A DNA stretch of 64,000 nucleotides from the human T2T-CHM13v2.0 reference genome, Homo sapiens. Position numbers and translations under genes: made by a program. The stretch lies in NCBI RefSeq assembly GCF_009914755.1, contig NC_060928.1. One strand, written 5' to 3'. How positions within the stretch are numbered: the stretch's first letter is position 1; every line of letters starts with the position of its first letter. Below are positions 43,388 through 60,404 of the stretch, one piece after another. The notes under the pieces are model-generated. The model saw nothing but the letters and a program-made list of their open reading frames with translations, was not told where the DNA came from and made no database searches.

Positions 43388-44500
43388 CAGAGGTTCTTGA
43401 ACATTTTTGTGCCATGGAGCGTGCTGGCAGTCTGGGAAAGCCTACAATCCCCTTCATAGAACAATGTTTCTACATGCATAAAAGAAAATGCATAGGATAT
43501 GCAAAAACCAATTATATTACAACACAATTATTAGGATATTAAAAAAATTCTGCAACTGCTATGGAAAGCAGTTTGGCAGTTTCTAAAAAAGCTAAACATA
43601 CAATTATTGAATGAGATACAGAAATTCTACACTTAGGTATATATCCAAGGGAACTGAAATCAGAGACTCAAAGATACTTGTATGCCAGTGTTCACTGCAG
43701 CATTTTTCACAATAGCCAAAAGGTGGAAACAACCCAAATGTCCATCAATAGATGAGTGGATAGACAAAATATGATATGTACATACAACGGAATATTATTC
43801 AGCGTAAAACAAAGTGATGATACATGTTAAAACATGGATAAACCTTTAAGACAATATGCTAAGTGAAATAAGCGAGACACAAATGGAAAAATATTGTATG
43901 ATTCCACTTATGTGAAATATCTAGAAAGGTAAATTCATAGAGACATAAAGTGGATTAGAGGTTACCAGAGGCTGGAGAAAGGGGGAGTATTACTGTTTAA
44001 TAAATAAAGGGTTTCTGTTTGGAGTGATGGAAGGTTGTGAAAACAGTAATGATAGTTGCATAACATTGTAAATATAATTGATGCCACTGAATTGTATACC
44101 TAAGAATGGTTAAAATTACAAAATTTATGTTATATATATTTTACCACAATGTAAAAAAATGTATAATATACTAAAAACCATTGAATTATAGACTTTAAAT
44201 GGGCAAATTGTATGGTATATGAATTATATCTCAAGAAAACTGTTAAACAATTTTTAATAAAATTATTACCAAAATTTAAAGTAATAATGGCTGTGAAGAG
44301 TATTTTGACATCTCTGCAATACCTGTAATTTGATAATAAAGTATCTGTAATTTGATATTTCTAATAGTTGCGAAGTCACAAGTAATGCTAGTAGTATTTT
44401 TGTTACCAACATATATTTTATTGGAGGAATACTGTATTTTATGTGGAAGTTACTAAAAATTAACAGAAAATTTAAATTCAATTTCACCACTATATTCTAT
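43388..44500 (+). mobile_element. Charlie4-like hAT element interrupted by an L1MB 3' fragment
   Basis: cagaggttcttgaacatttttgtgccatgga...ggcagtctgg.aaagccta...aaccaattatatt matches recalled Charlie4; continuation after ~44260 is less certain. Confidence 0.6.
43548..44250 (+). mobile_element. L1MB-family 3' end
   Basis: atggaaagcagtttggcagtttc...ttcacaatagccaaaaggtggaaacaacccaaatgtccatcaatagatga...gaattatatctcaa. Confidence 0.85.
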
Positions 44501-46569
44501 ATACAGATCTCTTAAATTAAGATCTATAGATTTATTCTACTGAAAATAAACTACTTAAGGAAAAAATTGATTTGTCTTTTCTCTCTTTAATTTATCTGCA
44601 TAAATAATTTTGCCAACTGAGAATCTAATGCTGGGCAGTGTTTATTAAATTAACATTTCATATTAAATCAAACTACTTTAAAAAAAAAGGAACTGGGAAA
44701 TCTATTACAAGTCTTGCCTCAAATAATCGTTGAACTCCAACATTATATCAGTCGCTTAAAAAGACTAGAAAATCATTGTCTCAGGAAACTCATTTTTTTT
44801 TCTCCCAGTTCCTTGCCAACTGGCACACATTCTGCTTTGTTTTAATCAGAGGAAGTAGAGACCACATGCCATTTTCAATCCATCATAACTTTTTCAGTTG
44901 AGTAACTCAACTGGCTCTCCTAAGCAAGAATGCTTCCAGCTGTAATCCTGCCAGCACTACAAAATGTCTGCCCGGAGTAGGGCTTAGTGCCTTCCCCGAT
45001 AATTAAAGAGGATGTCTAGCTCCTTGAAACTCATTGTGTGAATGAAACATTTTCCCTAGCTAGTCTCAAAGGGAATTCAATTTCCCTCTCTTTAGTAGGA
45101 TTTTCTTAGCAGAGTTTTCTGATGTTCTTAGCTTTTTTTGAGTAAACATCATAACAAGGCATTCTGTTTCAGAGAATTTGTACTTATAAAAATAACAAAT
45201 TCCACACCTTCTTCAGTGCATTTATTAGATATGACTATAGTCAGATATAATAAAAGTTGCTTATTATAACTTACAGAAATTACTTTTAAAATAAAATTGT
45301 TATCTTATGCAAACACTTTTTAGTAAATAGATGAAAGTGTTTTATATTTTCTAAACACTATTTAGCAGAATGAAAGATAAGGCATAAGTAATGTAAATAA
45401 AGTCACAGGTGGAGTATTACTACAGGGCTGGAAAGTGACTCAAGAACCGATGAACATGATGAGTATCCAGAGCTTATTCTACAAGCTGGGTCAAAGAAAT
45501 AAAAAGCAAATGAAGAGAAGGTGGAAGCAGAGGTAGAAAGAAGAAAAAAGTAAAAGCAAAGAACTGGAACCTCAATGGCATCACTAACAATGATCTGAGG
45601 CCCTAAACCTTCCTCTGCTTTTGCCACACTGCATAACAATACATTCCTGTATTCACTTTCTCAAACAACTGCCAAAAAATAGAAGCAAAAGCAGAAACTT
45701 CTGTTTGCATGTCTATATCTAATAACACACCCAATGAATAAAACACTGTGTTCCTTGATCACTTGATTAGCGCATCCCTCACCCTTAATGTTGGCTTGTT
45801 TGGCTTCAATTCATGAAAGGGCTGAAATTTTATTGCCACTGACTTTCCAGTTTGGTGCTATTGCTAGGGCATGGGCCTCTGAAAACCTGACACGGTTAGA
45901 TACCAGGTGTGCCTTTCATGTTTTACTATATGGTCTTCTAATGAGGCCAGGGTTTGATATCCACCCCATGCTTCATACATATATTTTGTTTCTCTGCCAA
46001 TTTCTCATAAACACAGGCTGAAGAAAAGTGTGCAAGTGGACATAAGCATAGTCACTCCTACTTTTTTGTAAATTACTTTAGAAAAACCCGAATCATTCTC
46101 ATACATGGAGACAACCCAGTATATCTGTGCCTTGATAGGGAATTGTAAGCAAATTGCTCAGAAGCTCAGCTTAGTTGAAGCTCAATTAGAAAGCAATCTG
46201 TAGGTAGTTTTTCTATTAAAAATACTGTCTTCAGTTCAGCAGACACTGAAGAATGTCTGTCTTCTGTGACTCCAGACAATGAAGAGTGTATATAGTTAAG
46301 TCATTTACGTATTGAAACAGTGATTTTTGGTTTCTAAAAGTGGCAGTGGTTTCATTCAGTTGTTTATGCTACTTGCTTAGTGAGAGGCAAAAACTCAGAG
46401 GAGTGGCTTTATTTTCTCTAAAATAAAAATGAGTCTAAGACTGAGAGGCCTGTGAACCAGAAAAAATAACCACATTAGGAACTAGGGTGCGTTATGAATT
46501 CTCTCACACAGATCATAACTCTATTCTTAGCTGTGCTTTTAATTCTTAACTAATGAATTAATAATTAAT

Positions 46570-46832
46570 TTCTTTAGAGAGAGGTTCTAGCTCTGTCACT
46601 CAGGCTGGAGTGCAGTGGCTTGGTCATGGCTGACTGCAGCCTTAGGCCCCTGAGTAGTAGCTTGGACTACAGGCGTGAACCGCCACGCCTGGCTATTGTT
46701 TAAAACAATTTTTTTTTTTTGGTAGAGACCGGGTCATCCTATGTTGCCCAGGCTGGTCTCGAACTCTTGGCGTCAAGTGATGCTCCCGCTTCAGCCTACT
46801 TTGGGATTATAGGCCTGAGCCACTATGCCCAG
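46570..46832 (-). mobile_element. AluJ with internal deletion
   Basis: ctctgtcactcaggctggagtgcagtggc...tatgttgcccaggctggtctcgaactc...gagccactatgcccag. Confidence 0.85.
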
Positions 46833-47049
46833 TCCCTAACTCTTCATTCAATTTTATATGAAGTTTTATGTAACACTAATACATGTATTCAACTGCTTTT
46901 TCAGTTCGGAAAAAAAAAAAAAACCACAAGTCACCTAAGGACTTGTCCTTTATGCATGTATTGTATACAAACATCAGCTTCCAGATGTTTGCCTATAGTT
47001 TTTGCTTTAAATTAAATGTCTTTTGCATTCTACAGAAGCATGTAATATA

Positions 47050-47218
47050 TATATATTTTTAAATTTCAACTTTTATTTTAGACATAGCGGGTACATGTGC
47101 AGGTTTGTTACATGGGTATATTGCAGCCAGATAGTGAGCATAGTACCCAATAGGAAGTTTTTCAGCCCACGCCCTGCTCCCTTCCTCCCTTCTCAAGTAG
47201 TCCACTCTGTCTATTGTT
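47050..47218 (-). mobile_element. Short older L1PA (L1PA15/16-like) 3' fragment
   Basis: caacttttattttaga...gggtacatgtgcaggtttgttacatgggtatattgc...gtgagcatagtacccaatagg. Confidence 0.8.
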
Positions 47219-50200
47219 ACAAGAACTATGTAATTTTTAAACTAACAGTAGTTCCACATATTTAAAGATAATTTTGATATTGACTTAATTTCAAAGGGAT
47301 TAGAATTTTGTGATCTTCCTGTCCTTCCCTGTGACTGCATAGAATGTAACCATTCACTCAATCTCATCAAATTGTTTCTTCATCTAAAAAATAGAGGATA
47401 ATATCTATCTCCTGAGGAGATTCACTGAGAAATTAAGTACATCTAGCACAATACCTGGGACAAGATATGTGTTCAGTAAATGCCGAACTTGAATTTGAGA
47501 ATGAAGAATTAAAAATATCCTGAAAAATGAAGTATTTTACTTTACTACCAATAGGAAAGATACATGCTAACTAGCCATTCTAAATGAGTGAAAATACTTT
47601 TCACTTCTGAAGAGTTGTTGTATATACATGCCTCATATATTAATATACACATATGTATTTATAATTATCTACTTACTAGGCACATGTGTATGTACATGGA
47701 ATTTAAGACTTCATCCCGAGGTTGAAGTTATATTTTAAATTTATCTGTGAATTGATTATTTAATAACCTGTTAACATAAAGCAAACAAAAACAGCTTTGA
47801 CTTTTCAAGCAATAAACTCTTTTCAAGCAAAACGACGTTTTTAAAATTGACGTATGTGGCAATCAGGATATTTAGCAACTGGAAAATGAAAGGCAAGAAA
47901 TACACAATAATGTAATCTAAAAGACACAATCCCTGAGTATAGTAGGTATTGATTTACTAGTTGAGAATATTTCAAAAAATCATTCATAATATTTCTTTTT
48001 CTTTCCAAAATAGTTTTTGATTAGCCAGATTTTCTGAAGTGTGATTATTTTCTTATATCAGAGCTTTCTTAGGTTTTTGCATGATCACACCAACTTTCTA
48101 TTTTTATACATGGAATCACATGATTAAAAAAATAAATTATAATGAAAAAATAAGCCTGTGTTTCATTTTTATGGAGAGAAACATGAATGCAAATGTTTTA
48201 ATGCAAATACTAAAAGATAAAGAGACCAAAGCTATTTTTCTTTAAAGCTATTTGTTCTGGCTCATAAACGCCACAATATATTCATTTTCTATTTTCAAAA
48301 AGTCTCCCTCCAAATCATCCACAATGGTAATCAATATTACTTCAAAAATCACAATTAAATATTCAGCCTCTACAAATCACAAAATGAACTTGAAATTTAA
48401 TAATTTTTCCATCATTTTGATTGTTTCTTCTTTTATTCAACTAATATGATTTGATCACCTATTATATGTCAGGCAGGCATTTCAATTCCAACATAGATTA
48501 TGATTAGGAGTATATGATTTGATTGACTATATCAATTGAATTAACCAAATTATCTCCCTCTCCGCTTTAACTCGTATACACAGCCCAAGATATAATTCTA
48601 AACAGCATCCTCTTACAAAAAAGATGAATATTTAGGCCATAGATAAATAAAATGTAAATTTATCCATCTCTCATACTTCCAGCTCTTTATTTATGGGAGA
48701 TGTAATTACAGCTACAGCTATGTGTACTAGTTACACACACATATACATATTTGCTTATATAAAAGCAATTTTTTTTCTCTCTGGAATAGGACTACAGATG
48801 GGGGCAGGAAAGAAAACTTTTGTTTTTTGACTTTTCTGTACTAAAATTCTCATTTTATTTGTGCATATATTATTTTTATTTTTTAAGAGTATGGTGAAAA
48901 CCACAGGAATGTTTCAGAATAAAATAGAGAACTGAAATAATCATCTGGAAATCATCCCACTTTTGACTCAATATCTAAAAAACTTTCACCTCAAAACCCC
49001 ATTTAATTTTCTATGTGGAAACTAGGTGCGAAGAATTCTAATTGTTAAAAATTAAAATTGATACATGAGAAATGCAGCTACTTTGTAAAAGTATGGGCAA
49101 GTCTACATCACACGAAATAAACGTGTGAGCAGGATCTAAAATTAGTAAGATTTAAAGCCATTTATTCCTACATTCTGAATGAGATTTTATAGTCAAGCAC
49201 TGGGGATGGATGTACAATATTTTATAAAATGCTGAGACCACACCCAGCTCTATCATGTGACATAGAGTTGTCAAGGTTCCCCTCTCTCTCCCATTGTCAC
49301 TGCAGAGTGATGTTTGGCATTCCACTGGCTAGCGAGCTAGAAATGTGTACTCAGAGCAGCAGTGTATCTTCAGGCAGTTCACTGTAACTATAGACTTGAT
49401 TCTAACTTGATTCTAAATTGCAGACTTAATCCTTATAAGTTCAGCATAAATGACCTCGAAACCCCAAAGGTAGAGAGTCCAACATAGTTCAACCCCTCTA
49501 AAGCCAAAGAAGCAAGAATGCCAACAACTCAGTTTACTATTCAAGGAGTTTCTTGGAACATCGACCAGCAAGAGACTTTGTTTGGTTGTTTCTTTGCTCA
49601 TACTTTTTTACTTCTAAGGATTAAAAGCTAATCTTGGAATAAACTGCTGTCATACTTTGGACCTCAACCACTTGTCTGCCTTGGCATCTTTGTATGAAAA
49701 AGCATATGTTTCAGCTGTTAGTCTGATGGACTTCCCTTTGTGGGTAACCTGACCTTTCTCTCTGGCTGCCCTTAACATTTTTTCCTTCATTTCAACTTTG
49801 GTGAATCTGACAATTATGCGTCTTGGAGTTGCTCTTCTCGAGGAGTATCTTTGTGGCGTTCTCTGTATTTCTTGAATTTGAATGTTGGCCTGTCTGGCTA
49901 GGTTGGGGAAGTTCTCCTGGATAATATCCTGCAGAGTGTTTTCCAACTTGGTTCCATTCTCCCCGTCACTTTCAGGTACACCAATCAGACATAAATTTGG
50001 TCTTTTCACATAGTCCCATATTTCTTGGAGGCTTTGTTCATTTCTTTTTATTCCTTTTTCTCTAAACTTCTCTTCTTGCTTCATTTCGTTCATTTGATCT
50101 TCAATCACTGATACCCTTTCTTCCAGTTGATCAAATCAGCTAATGAAGCTTGTGCATTCGTCACATGGTTCTCGTGCTATGGTTTTCAGCTCCATCAGGT

Positions 50201-51040
50201 CCTTTAAGGACTTCTCTGCATTGGTTATTCTAGTTAGCCATTTGTCTTATCTTTTTTCAAGGTTTTTAACTTCTTTGTGATGGGTTCGAACTTCCTCCTT
50301 TAGCTCGGAGAAGTTTGATCGTCTGAAGCCTTCTTCTCTCAACTCGTCAAAGTCATTCTCCATCCAGCTTTGTTCCACTGCTGGTGAGGAGCTGCATTCC
50401 TTTGGAGGAGGAGAGGCTGTCTGATTTTTAGAATTTTCAGTTTTTCTGTTCTGTTTTTTCCCCATCTTTGTGGTTTTATCTACCTTTGGTCTTTGATGAT
50501 GGTAACGTACAGACGGGGTTTTGGTGTGGATGTCCTTCCTGTTTGTTAGTTTTCCTTCTAACAGTCAGGACCCTAAGCTGCAGGTCTGTTGGAGTTTGCT
50601 GGAGGTCCGCTCCAGACCCTGATTGCCTGGGTATCACGAGCAGAGGCTGCAGAGCAGCGAATATTGGTGAACAGCAAATGTTGCTGTCTGATTGTTCCTC
50701 TGGAAGTTTCGTCTCAGAGGGGTACCCGGCCGTGTGAGGTGTCAGTCTGCCCCTACTGGGGGGTGCCTCCCAGATAGGCTATTCGTGGGTCAGGGACCCA
50801 CTTGAGGAGGCAGTCTGTCCGTTCTCAGATCTCAAACTCCATGCTAGGAGAACCACTACTCTCTTCAAAGCTGTCAGACAGGGACATTTAAGTCTGCAGA
50901 GGTTTCTGCTGCCTTTCGTTCAGCTATGCCCTGCCCCCAGAGGTAGAGTCTACAGAGGCAGGCAGGCCTCCTTGAGCTTTGGTGGGCTCCACCCAGTTCA
51001 AGCTTCCTGGCCGCTTTGTTTACCTACTCAAGCCTCAGCA

Positions 51041-51703
51041 ATGGCAGTTGCCCCTCCCGCAGCCTCGCTGCCATCTTGCAGTTCTATCTCAGACTGCTGT
51101 GCTAGCAATGAGCGAGGCTCCATGGGTGTGGGACCCTCCGAGCCATGCGCGGGATATAATCTCCTGGTGTGCCATTTGCTAAGACCATTGGAAAAGTGCA
51201 GTATTAGGGTGGGAGTGACCCGATTTTCCAGGTGCCCTCTGTCACAGCTTTGCTTGGCTAGGAAAAGGAATTCCCTGACCCCTTGCACTTCCTGGGTGAG
51301 GCGATGCCTCGCCCTGCTTTGGCTTACGCTTGGTGTGCTGCACCCACTGTCCAGCACCCACTGTCCAACAAGCCCCAGTGAGATGAACCCGGTACCTCAG
51401 TTGGAAATGCAGAAATCACCCATCTTCTGCAGAAATCACCCATCTTCTGCAGAAACTCTACAAGCCGGAAGAGAGTGGGGGCCAATATTCAACATTCTTA
51501 AAGAAAAGAATTTTCATCCCAGAATTCCATATCCAGCCAAACTAAGCTTCATAAGTGGAGGAGAAATAAAATACTTTACAGACAAGCAACTGCTGAGAGA
51601 TTTTGTCACCACCAGGCCTGCCCTACAAGAGCTCCTGAAGGAAGCGCTAAACATGGAAGGGAACAACCGGTACCAGCCACTGCAAAAACATGCCAAATTG
51701 TAA
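51041..51703 (+). CDS. Putative chimeric ORF: L1 ORF0 plus antisense 5'UTR fused in frame to the ORF1p C-terminal domain (220 aa); expression unproven
   Basis: Strong Kozak gcaATGg at the ORF0 start. Open frame MAVAPPAASLPSCSSISDCCASNER...KSPIFCRNHPS|SAETLQAGREWGPIFNILKEKNF...KHAKL*. Confidence 0.3.
   Translation: MAVAPPAASLPSCSSISDCCASNERGSMGVGPSEPCAGYNLLVCHLLRPLEKCSIRVGVTRFSRCPLSQLCLARKRNSLTPCTSWVRRCLALLWLTLGVLHPLSSTHCPTSPSEMNPVPQLEMQKSPIFCRNHPSSAETLQAGREWGPIFNILKEKNFHPRIPYPAKLSFISGGEIKYFTDKQLLRDFVTTRPALQELLKEALNMEGNNRYQPLQKHAKL
51408..51455 (+). repeat. 20-bp perfect tandem duplication at the inversion junction
   Basis: tgcagaaatcacccatcttc twice, then tgcagaaa. Confidence 0.95.
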
Positions 51704-51766
51704 AGACCATTGATGCTAGAAAAAAACTGCATCAACTGACAAGCAAAATAACTGGCTGACATCGTA

Positions 51767-55590
<3,824 letters not shown>

Positions 55591-57468
55591 CAATGAGAAC
55601 ACTTGGACACAGGAAGGGGAACATCACACACCGGGGCCTGTTGTTGGTTGGGGGGATGGGGGAGGGATAACATTAGGAGATATATCTAATGTAAATGATG
55701 AGTTAATGGGTGCAGCACATCAACATGACACATGTATACATATGTAACAAACCTGCACATTGTGCACATGTACCCTAGAACTGAAAGTATAATAAAATAT
55801 ATATATATATGTAAAAAGAAGAAAAAGCCTGTGTTTGAAGCAACTATGGAATTTAGGAAAATGCCAGAATGTTTTAGAGATTCAAATATCCAGGTTAAAT
55901 CAATATTTCTGGTGCTAAGAAAAAGTATGCAAGTATGTACCACAGTCAGCCAAGATTAAAAGTTCAAAACAACATTGAAAATGAAAGAGAAAAATGCCTT
56001 TTATTAGATAACCTCTTAATTAAACTTCAATATAGTCATAAAATGAAATACATACTGTTTAAAAAGAATAAGGCAGCTTAGGTAAATCCATTTGTGCTAG
56101 TTTATTATATATATGATGAACTGTATTTCAAGTAATAAGAACATATTTTAAGTAGGTGCAAGTAAGGTTTAGATGCAAGCATAAAAAAACTCTTACATGT
56201 ATAAAAAGGATGCACATATACATATTCTGCTCTGTGAATAATTTTCTTTTTTTAAGGATACATAACAAGTTCACTTTTGGAAAAGTAATTAGGTGTCAAT
56301 GCACAGTTTAATTGTTGTTTAACCATGTATATGCATTTATTTTACTTTCTAAAAATGTTGATAGCAGTCTTCTGGTCTCCACCAGAAATTATAGGTCATT
56401 TAAAATTTCTCGGACTATTTAAAAAATACCACTAAATTCAGGTATTTATTTGCAGGATTTTAGACTTAACACTTTCACTTGGAGGTACAATTACCAATGC
56501 TAAAAAGAAGGTTACGAGTGTGCCCATTAATTTTCAAAATACTGTTCCTTACCATTCTCTCATTCGTTGAATTCTCTTCTAAGACTGATTCAATCTTGGA
56601 TGGTGTGAAAAAGTGTTGCCTTTTAGAAAAGAGCAATTTGTAGTAAAAAATTGCCTACAGCAACAGTTGAACTCCAGGCCTGGCTGGACTGCTGGATAAC
56701 TTATAAGATGATCAAAAGTAAATAGAAAATATTTTTCTCATCTTTATATAATCAGCGGTTTCAGCATAAAAGAAAAACAATAAAATTAAATCACACAAAG
56801 GGAAAATTATCTGGCATATCTCATATGGGAGAGTGGATGATGTCACTTTGCTCAGCACAGGATCTGCACATCCAGCCCTCTGCAGCAATTTCCTATATTT
56901 CACAGCTCTGAGCTAATTCTTCCCCAGATTGGCTTTACAGAACCTGGGAATGCTGTTGGTGAGCCTTATCTGCTCCATTGCCTCTCATTGCCTCTGGAAC
57001 TATCTTGCTTATAGCTTGTCCAGGGCGAACAATTCATTTTTGTTCACCATGTATACAGGAATAAAAGAACCAAACAAGAAGGACTCATGAGGAAACAAGT
57101 TAGCAACAAATCCAATTGCTGATTCCTTCCTGCCTGAGATAAATCGCCCTGATTCTCTCGTTTGGATTTTTGAACCCATTACATTATTATAATGGGGACA
57201 TTTCTGATGTATGTATAAGCTAGAATAATGTGGTTAGTCATATTAATCAATATTATTGAACGAAGTTGGTTGTGATGTATTCAAGCATTCTTTTTTTCTT
57301 AAATGGAAATTGCCACCTTCTAATAATAATAAAATGGTCATTGTAAAGCATTTACACAAGAAAATGTAAAAAAAAGCAAAAGGAAATATTAATAAAAACA
57401 ATTTATTATCCATCATTGCCATTATAAACCTATCTTAACATCTTGCTGTATACATTTTAGACCTTCCC

Positions 57469-57555
57469 CTATATATATATATATGTATATATGGAATAGG
57501 GAATAATGCATATATATATATATGGAATATATATGCATATCTATCTATATATATC
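57469..57555. repeat. Imperfect (TA)n low-complexity tract
   Basis: Direct read. Confidence 0.85.
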
Positions 57556-59410
57556 ACAATGTAATCTCCTTTACATCTTTACACACTGTTTTCCACTTGT
57601 TTTTCTTCATTTAACAGTACATTCTGAACCTTTTCCAATATAAACAAATATGGGTTTATTATTGTATCATCTTCTAAGGCCCATAGACTTGTTTTACAGA
57701 CTTACCACACTTATGCATTCCTCTGTATTATAAGGAGCTGTAGAAATATGTCGGGCATTTTGTCTCATCACTACATTTACATTGCTTCTTGAATTCTTTA
57801 TCTGCTAATTTTTACCTCATCTGTATTTTATAACTGTCTTTGCCTTTGACACTTATACTTTTCTTACCACTGTTTTTATTTAAAATATAATTAGAGTTGT
57901 TTGAAAAATAAGAGCAAACAGACTTCAAGCATTTTTGAATCAGGCGTGAAAATTTTGGGCCATGGATCTCATAATTTGACTACCTAGAGACATTTCTAAC
58001 TTGCTTTTGAATTATCATATGTATTCTAAAGAGTTTAATGTTCTAAGTAAGTGTGATATTACTTTAACTGCATGGAGAGATTAATTGAACTCTTGGTTGG
58101 TTCTATCACTGTCACTGTCCTGATAAATATTTTTTAAATCTCTTATTAATTTATTTTCATAATTTGCTTGAAAAGGACAGCCACCTAAACAGAAAATAGG
58201 AATTCATATGGACCACGAGGCAAGTCAAATTCCATCAGGTCAAATTTAAATATCAAAATGCATAATATTAATCACATGAACTTTAAACACCAAATCATTT
58301 GAGAGAAAATTGAACAATCTGTTTCTAGTCTTAATAGGATAGTTAAATATCTATAGTACATCACAAAATTAAAATAGTCTTTCTTGCACATAGCTAGCTG
58401 TTCAGTATGGCTTATTAGAAGGAATTGACTTGGTTCCTCTAAATTGTTCTTTGTATAGATGATTTTTATTCCTTAAGCCCATTTTGTCATCTTAAAATTT
58501 GTAGTAAGGAGCAAATGAAATAACTCCTATAAAACACTTTATTGATATATTAAGTGCTATACAAGTTTAGAGTAATATTATTATATGGTAAGTGGAAGAG
58601 ACCCATTTAGTGTTATATATAGTAGAGATGTGAAAATTTTCAATATAAATCTATGATTCCATGAGTATAATGACCTAGGGAAGGAAGATTAATAAACTTG
58701 ACAGTATGCTTAATTGGCACAGTTCAGAGCTTTAGAAATCTGAACTGTATCCCCTATTCTGCCAGTGGCTTTCATAGTAACCTTGAATATAATGAAATTT
58801 ATCATTAATGTTAAAAAGTAGACTGATCTCTTATGGTGAAGTAGCCTTAGTCCGGATTACTCAAAAACTGCAGAAATTGATGAAACACATAAATCCACCA
58901 CATTGTCAAAAATTTCCATTTAAATTGCCAGTTAAACTCTATACACCAGTATGGTTAGGTCCATGACTATGTGAGAGGAAAGAAGAGAAGAGAAGAAAAC
59001 TTGTATTTATTGGGAAATTGATATATGTTAAGCATCATATTACATTTTTGGTATATGTTAGTTCATTTAACTATAGCAGAACAAAAAGAAAAAGGCAAAA
59101 TTGATAGAGACAACAAGATGTGGATAGGTAAGATATTCACTGTGCATCAGCTCAGTAAGTAGCATCAAAGACTAAAACAGTGGATTGACTTACTTCCTCT
59201 CCTTCTTTTGTCTACTTGTTGGATGTCGCATAAATATAAAATCAGTTTATAAGTAGGCAGAGAAAAAGAGGTGAGAAACCAAGGGTTTAAGGCAGTATCC
59301 CACTAAAATAATTCACCAAAATAGTCTAAAATTGACCTCATATAAAGAAGAATAAGTTAATAAACTTCTTTTCAGCTAGAAGAAGAAAAATACAAAATTT
59401 GGTATCCTAG

Positions 59411-59954
59411 TGAGGCAAGAGAATAGGGTCTGGAGGCAGGGGACCTAAGGCTGTTTCACACCAACTTCCTAGAACTAAACTGAAAGGAAAATCCTAATTT
59501 TCCAGGCCTAAGTAACAAAAGGACCAGAGGCTACTCCCTTTGACCTTTTCTGCCCAGCAGACAGGAGATTGGCTGTCCGCAACAAATCATAATGAGTGCG
59601 GTTGAGTCCTGGTTTGTAACTTTGTAACTTCACTCCCCGCACTGAATGGCTGCTGTCTGCAACCAATCAGACTGATTGCGGGCTACCACTTCTGTTACAT
59701 GAGGTGAGCATGAAGTGGCCAATGAGAAACTTCTAGCGGGTATTGGGACCCAAGAAGATTCTGTATCCGGGCCCTTGAGCCACTGCTTGGGTCTGCTCCC
59801 ACACCGTGGAGTGTACTTTTCTTTTCAATAAATCCCTGCTTTTGTTCTTTTGTTGCATCATTCCTTATTTGCTTTGCTGGGGGTTTTGTCCAATTCTTAG
59901 TTCAAAATGCAAAGAACCTGGACAACTTGTAGTCACTACCCTTTACCATTAACA
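59411..59954 (+). mobile_element. ERV1 solo LTR, MER51-like
   Basis: TGaggcaagagaatagggtctggaggcagggg.acctaaggc...CCAAT boxes...aataaa...aagaacctggacaac...aaCA; 4-bp TSD-like ctag/ttag. Confidence 0.85.
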
Positions 59955-59969
59955 TTAGCTGATAATTGT

Positions 59970-60047
59970 AAAGATAGTGTTTATTGAGTGTTTACTATGT
60001 GTCGGGCACTCTTCTAAGTGCCTTATGTGTGTTGATTCCTTTAATAC
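59970..60047 (-). mobile_element. MIR fragment
   Basis: gtttattgagtgtttactatgtgtcgggcact.ttctaagtgc.tta..tgt.ttga.tc.tttaat. Confidence 0.7.
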
Positions 60048-60048
60048 T

Positions 60049-60385
60049 TGTGGTAGAGAACAATGGTTCAATGTTTCCCAAAAGACATCCACATCTTCAT
60101 TCCTGGAATCTATGAATATGTTGCATGGCCAAAGGGTCTTTTCAGATGTGATTAAATGAAGGCTTTTGAGACAGGGAGACTATGCTGGATTATCTGGGTA
60201 GGCCCAGTGTATCACAAGGGTCCTTACAAGTGAAAGAGGGAGACAGGGGAGTGTCAGAGTGATGCAGCAGGAGAAAGATTCACCCACTTCCGGCTTTGAA
60301 GACGGAGGAATGGGCAGTCTATAGAAGCTGGAAAAGGCCAGGAAATGGATTCTACCCTAAAGTCGCACAAGAACATGCGGTCTTG
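60049..60385 (+). mobile_element. MLT1C/D-type LTR fragment
   Basis: cctggaatctatgaatatgtt...cagatgtgattaa...ctggattatctgggtaggcccagtgt.atcacaagggtcctta...ctagaagctggaaaaggc. Confidence 0.8.
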
Positions 60386-60404
60386 AGGTTTTAAAAACTA
60401 GGCT

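Noticed and set aside
49650-50465. Minus-strand ORF1(1-~251) fusion reading into flanking DNA
   Set aside because: A frameshift near 50250 ends the frame from the true ATG after 72 aa.
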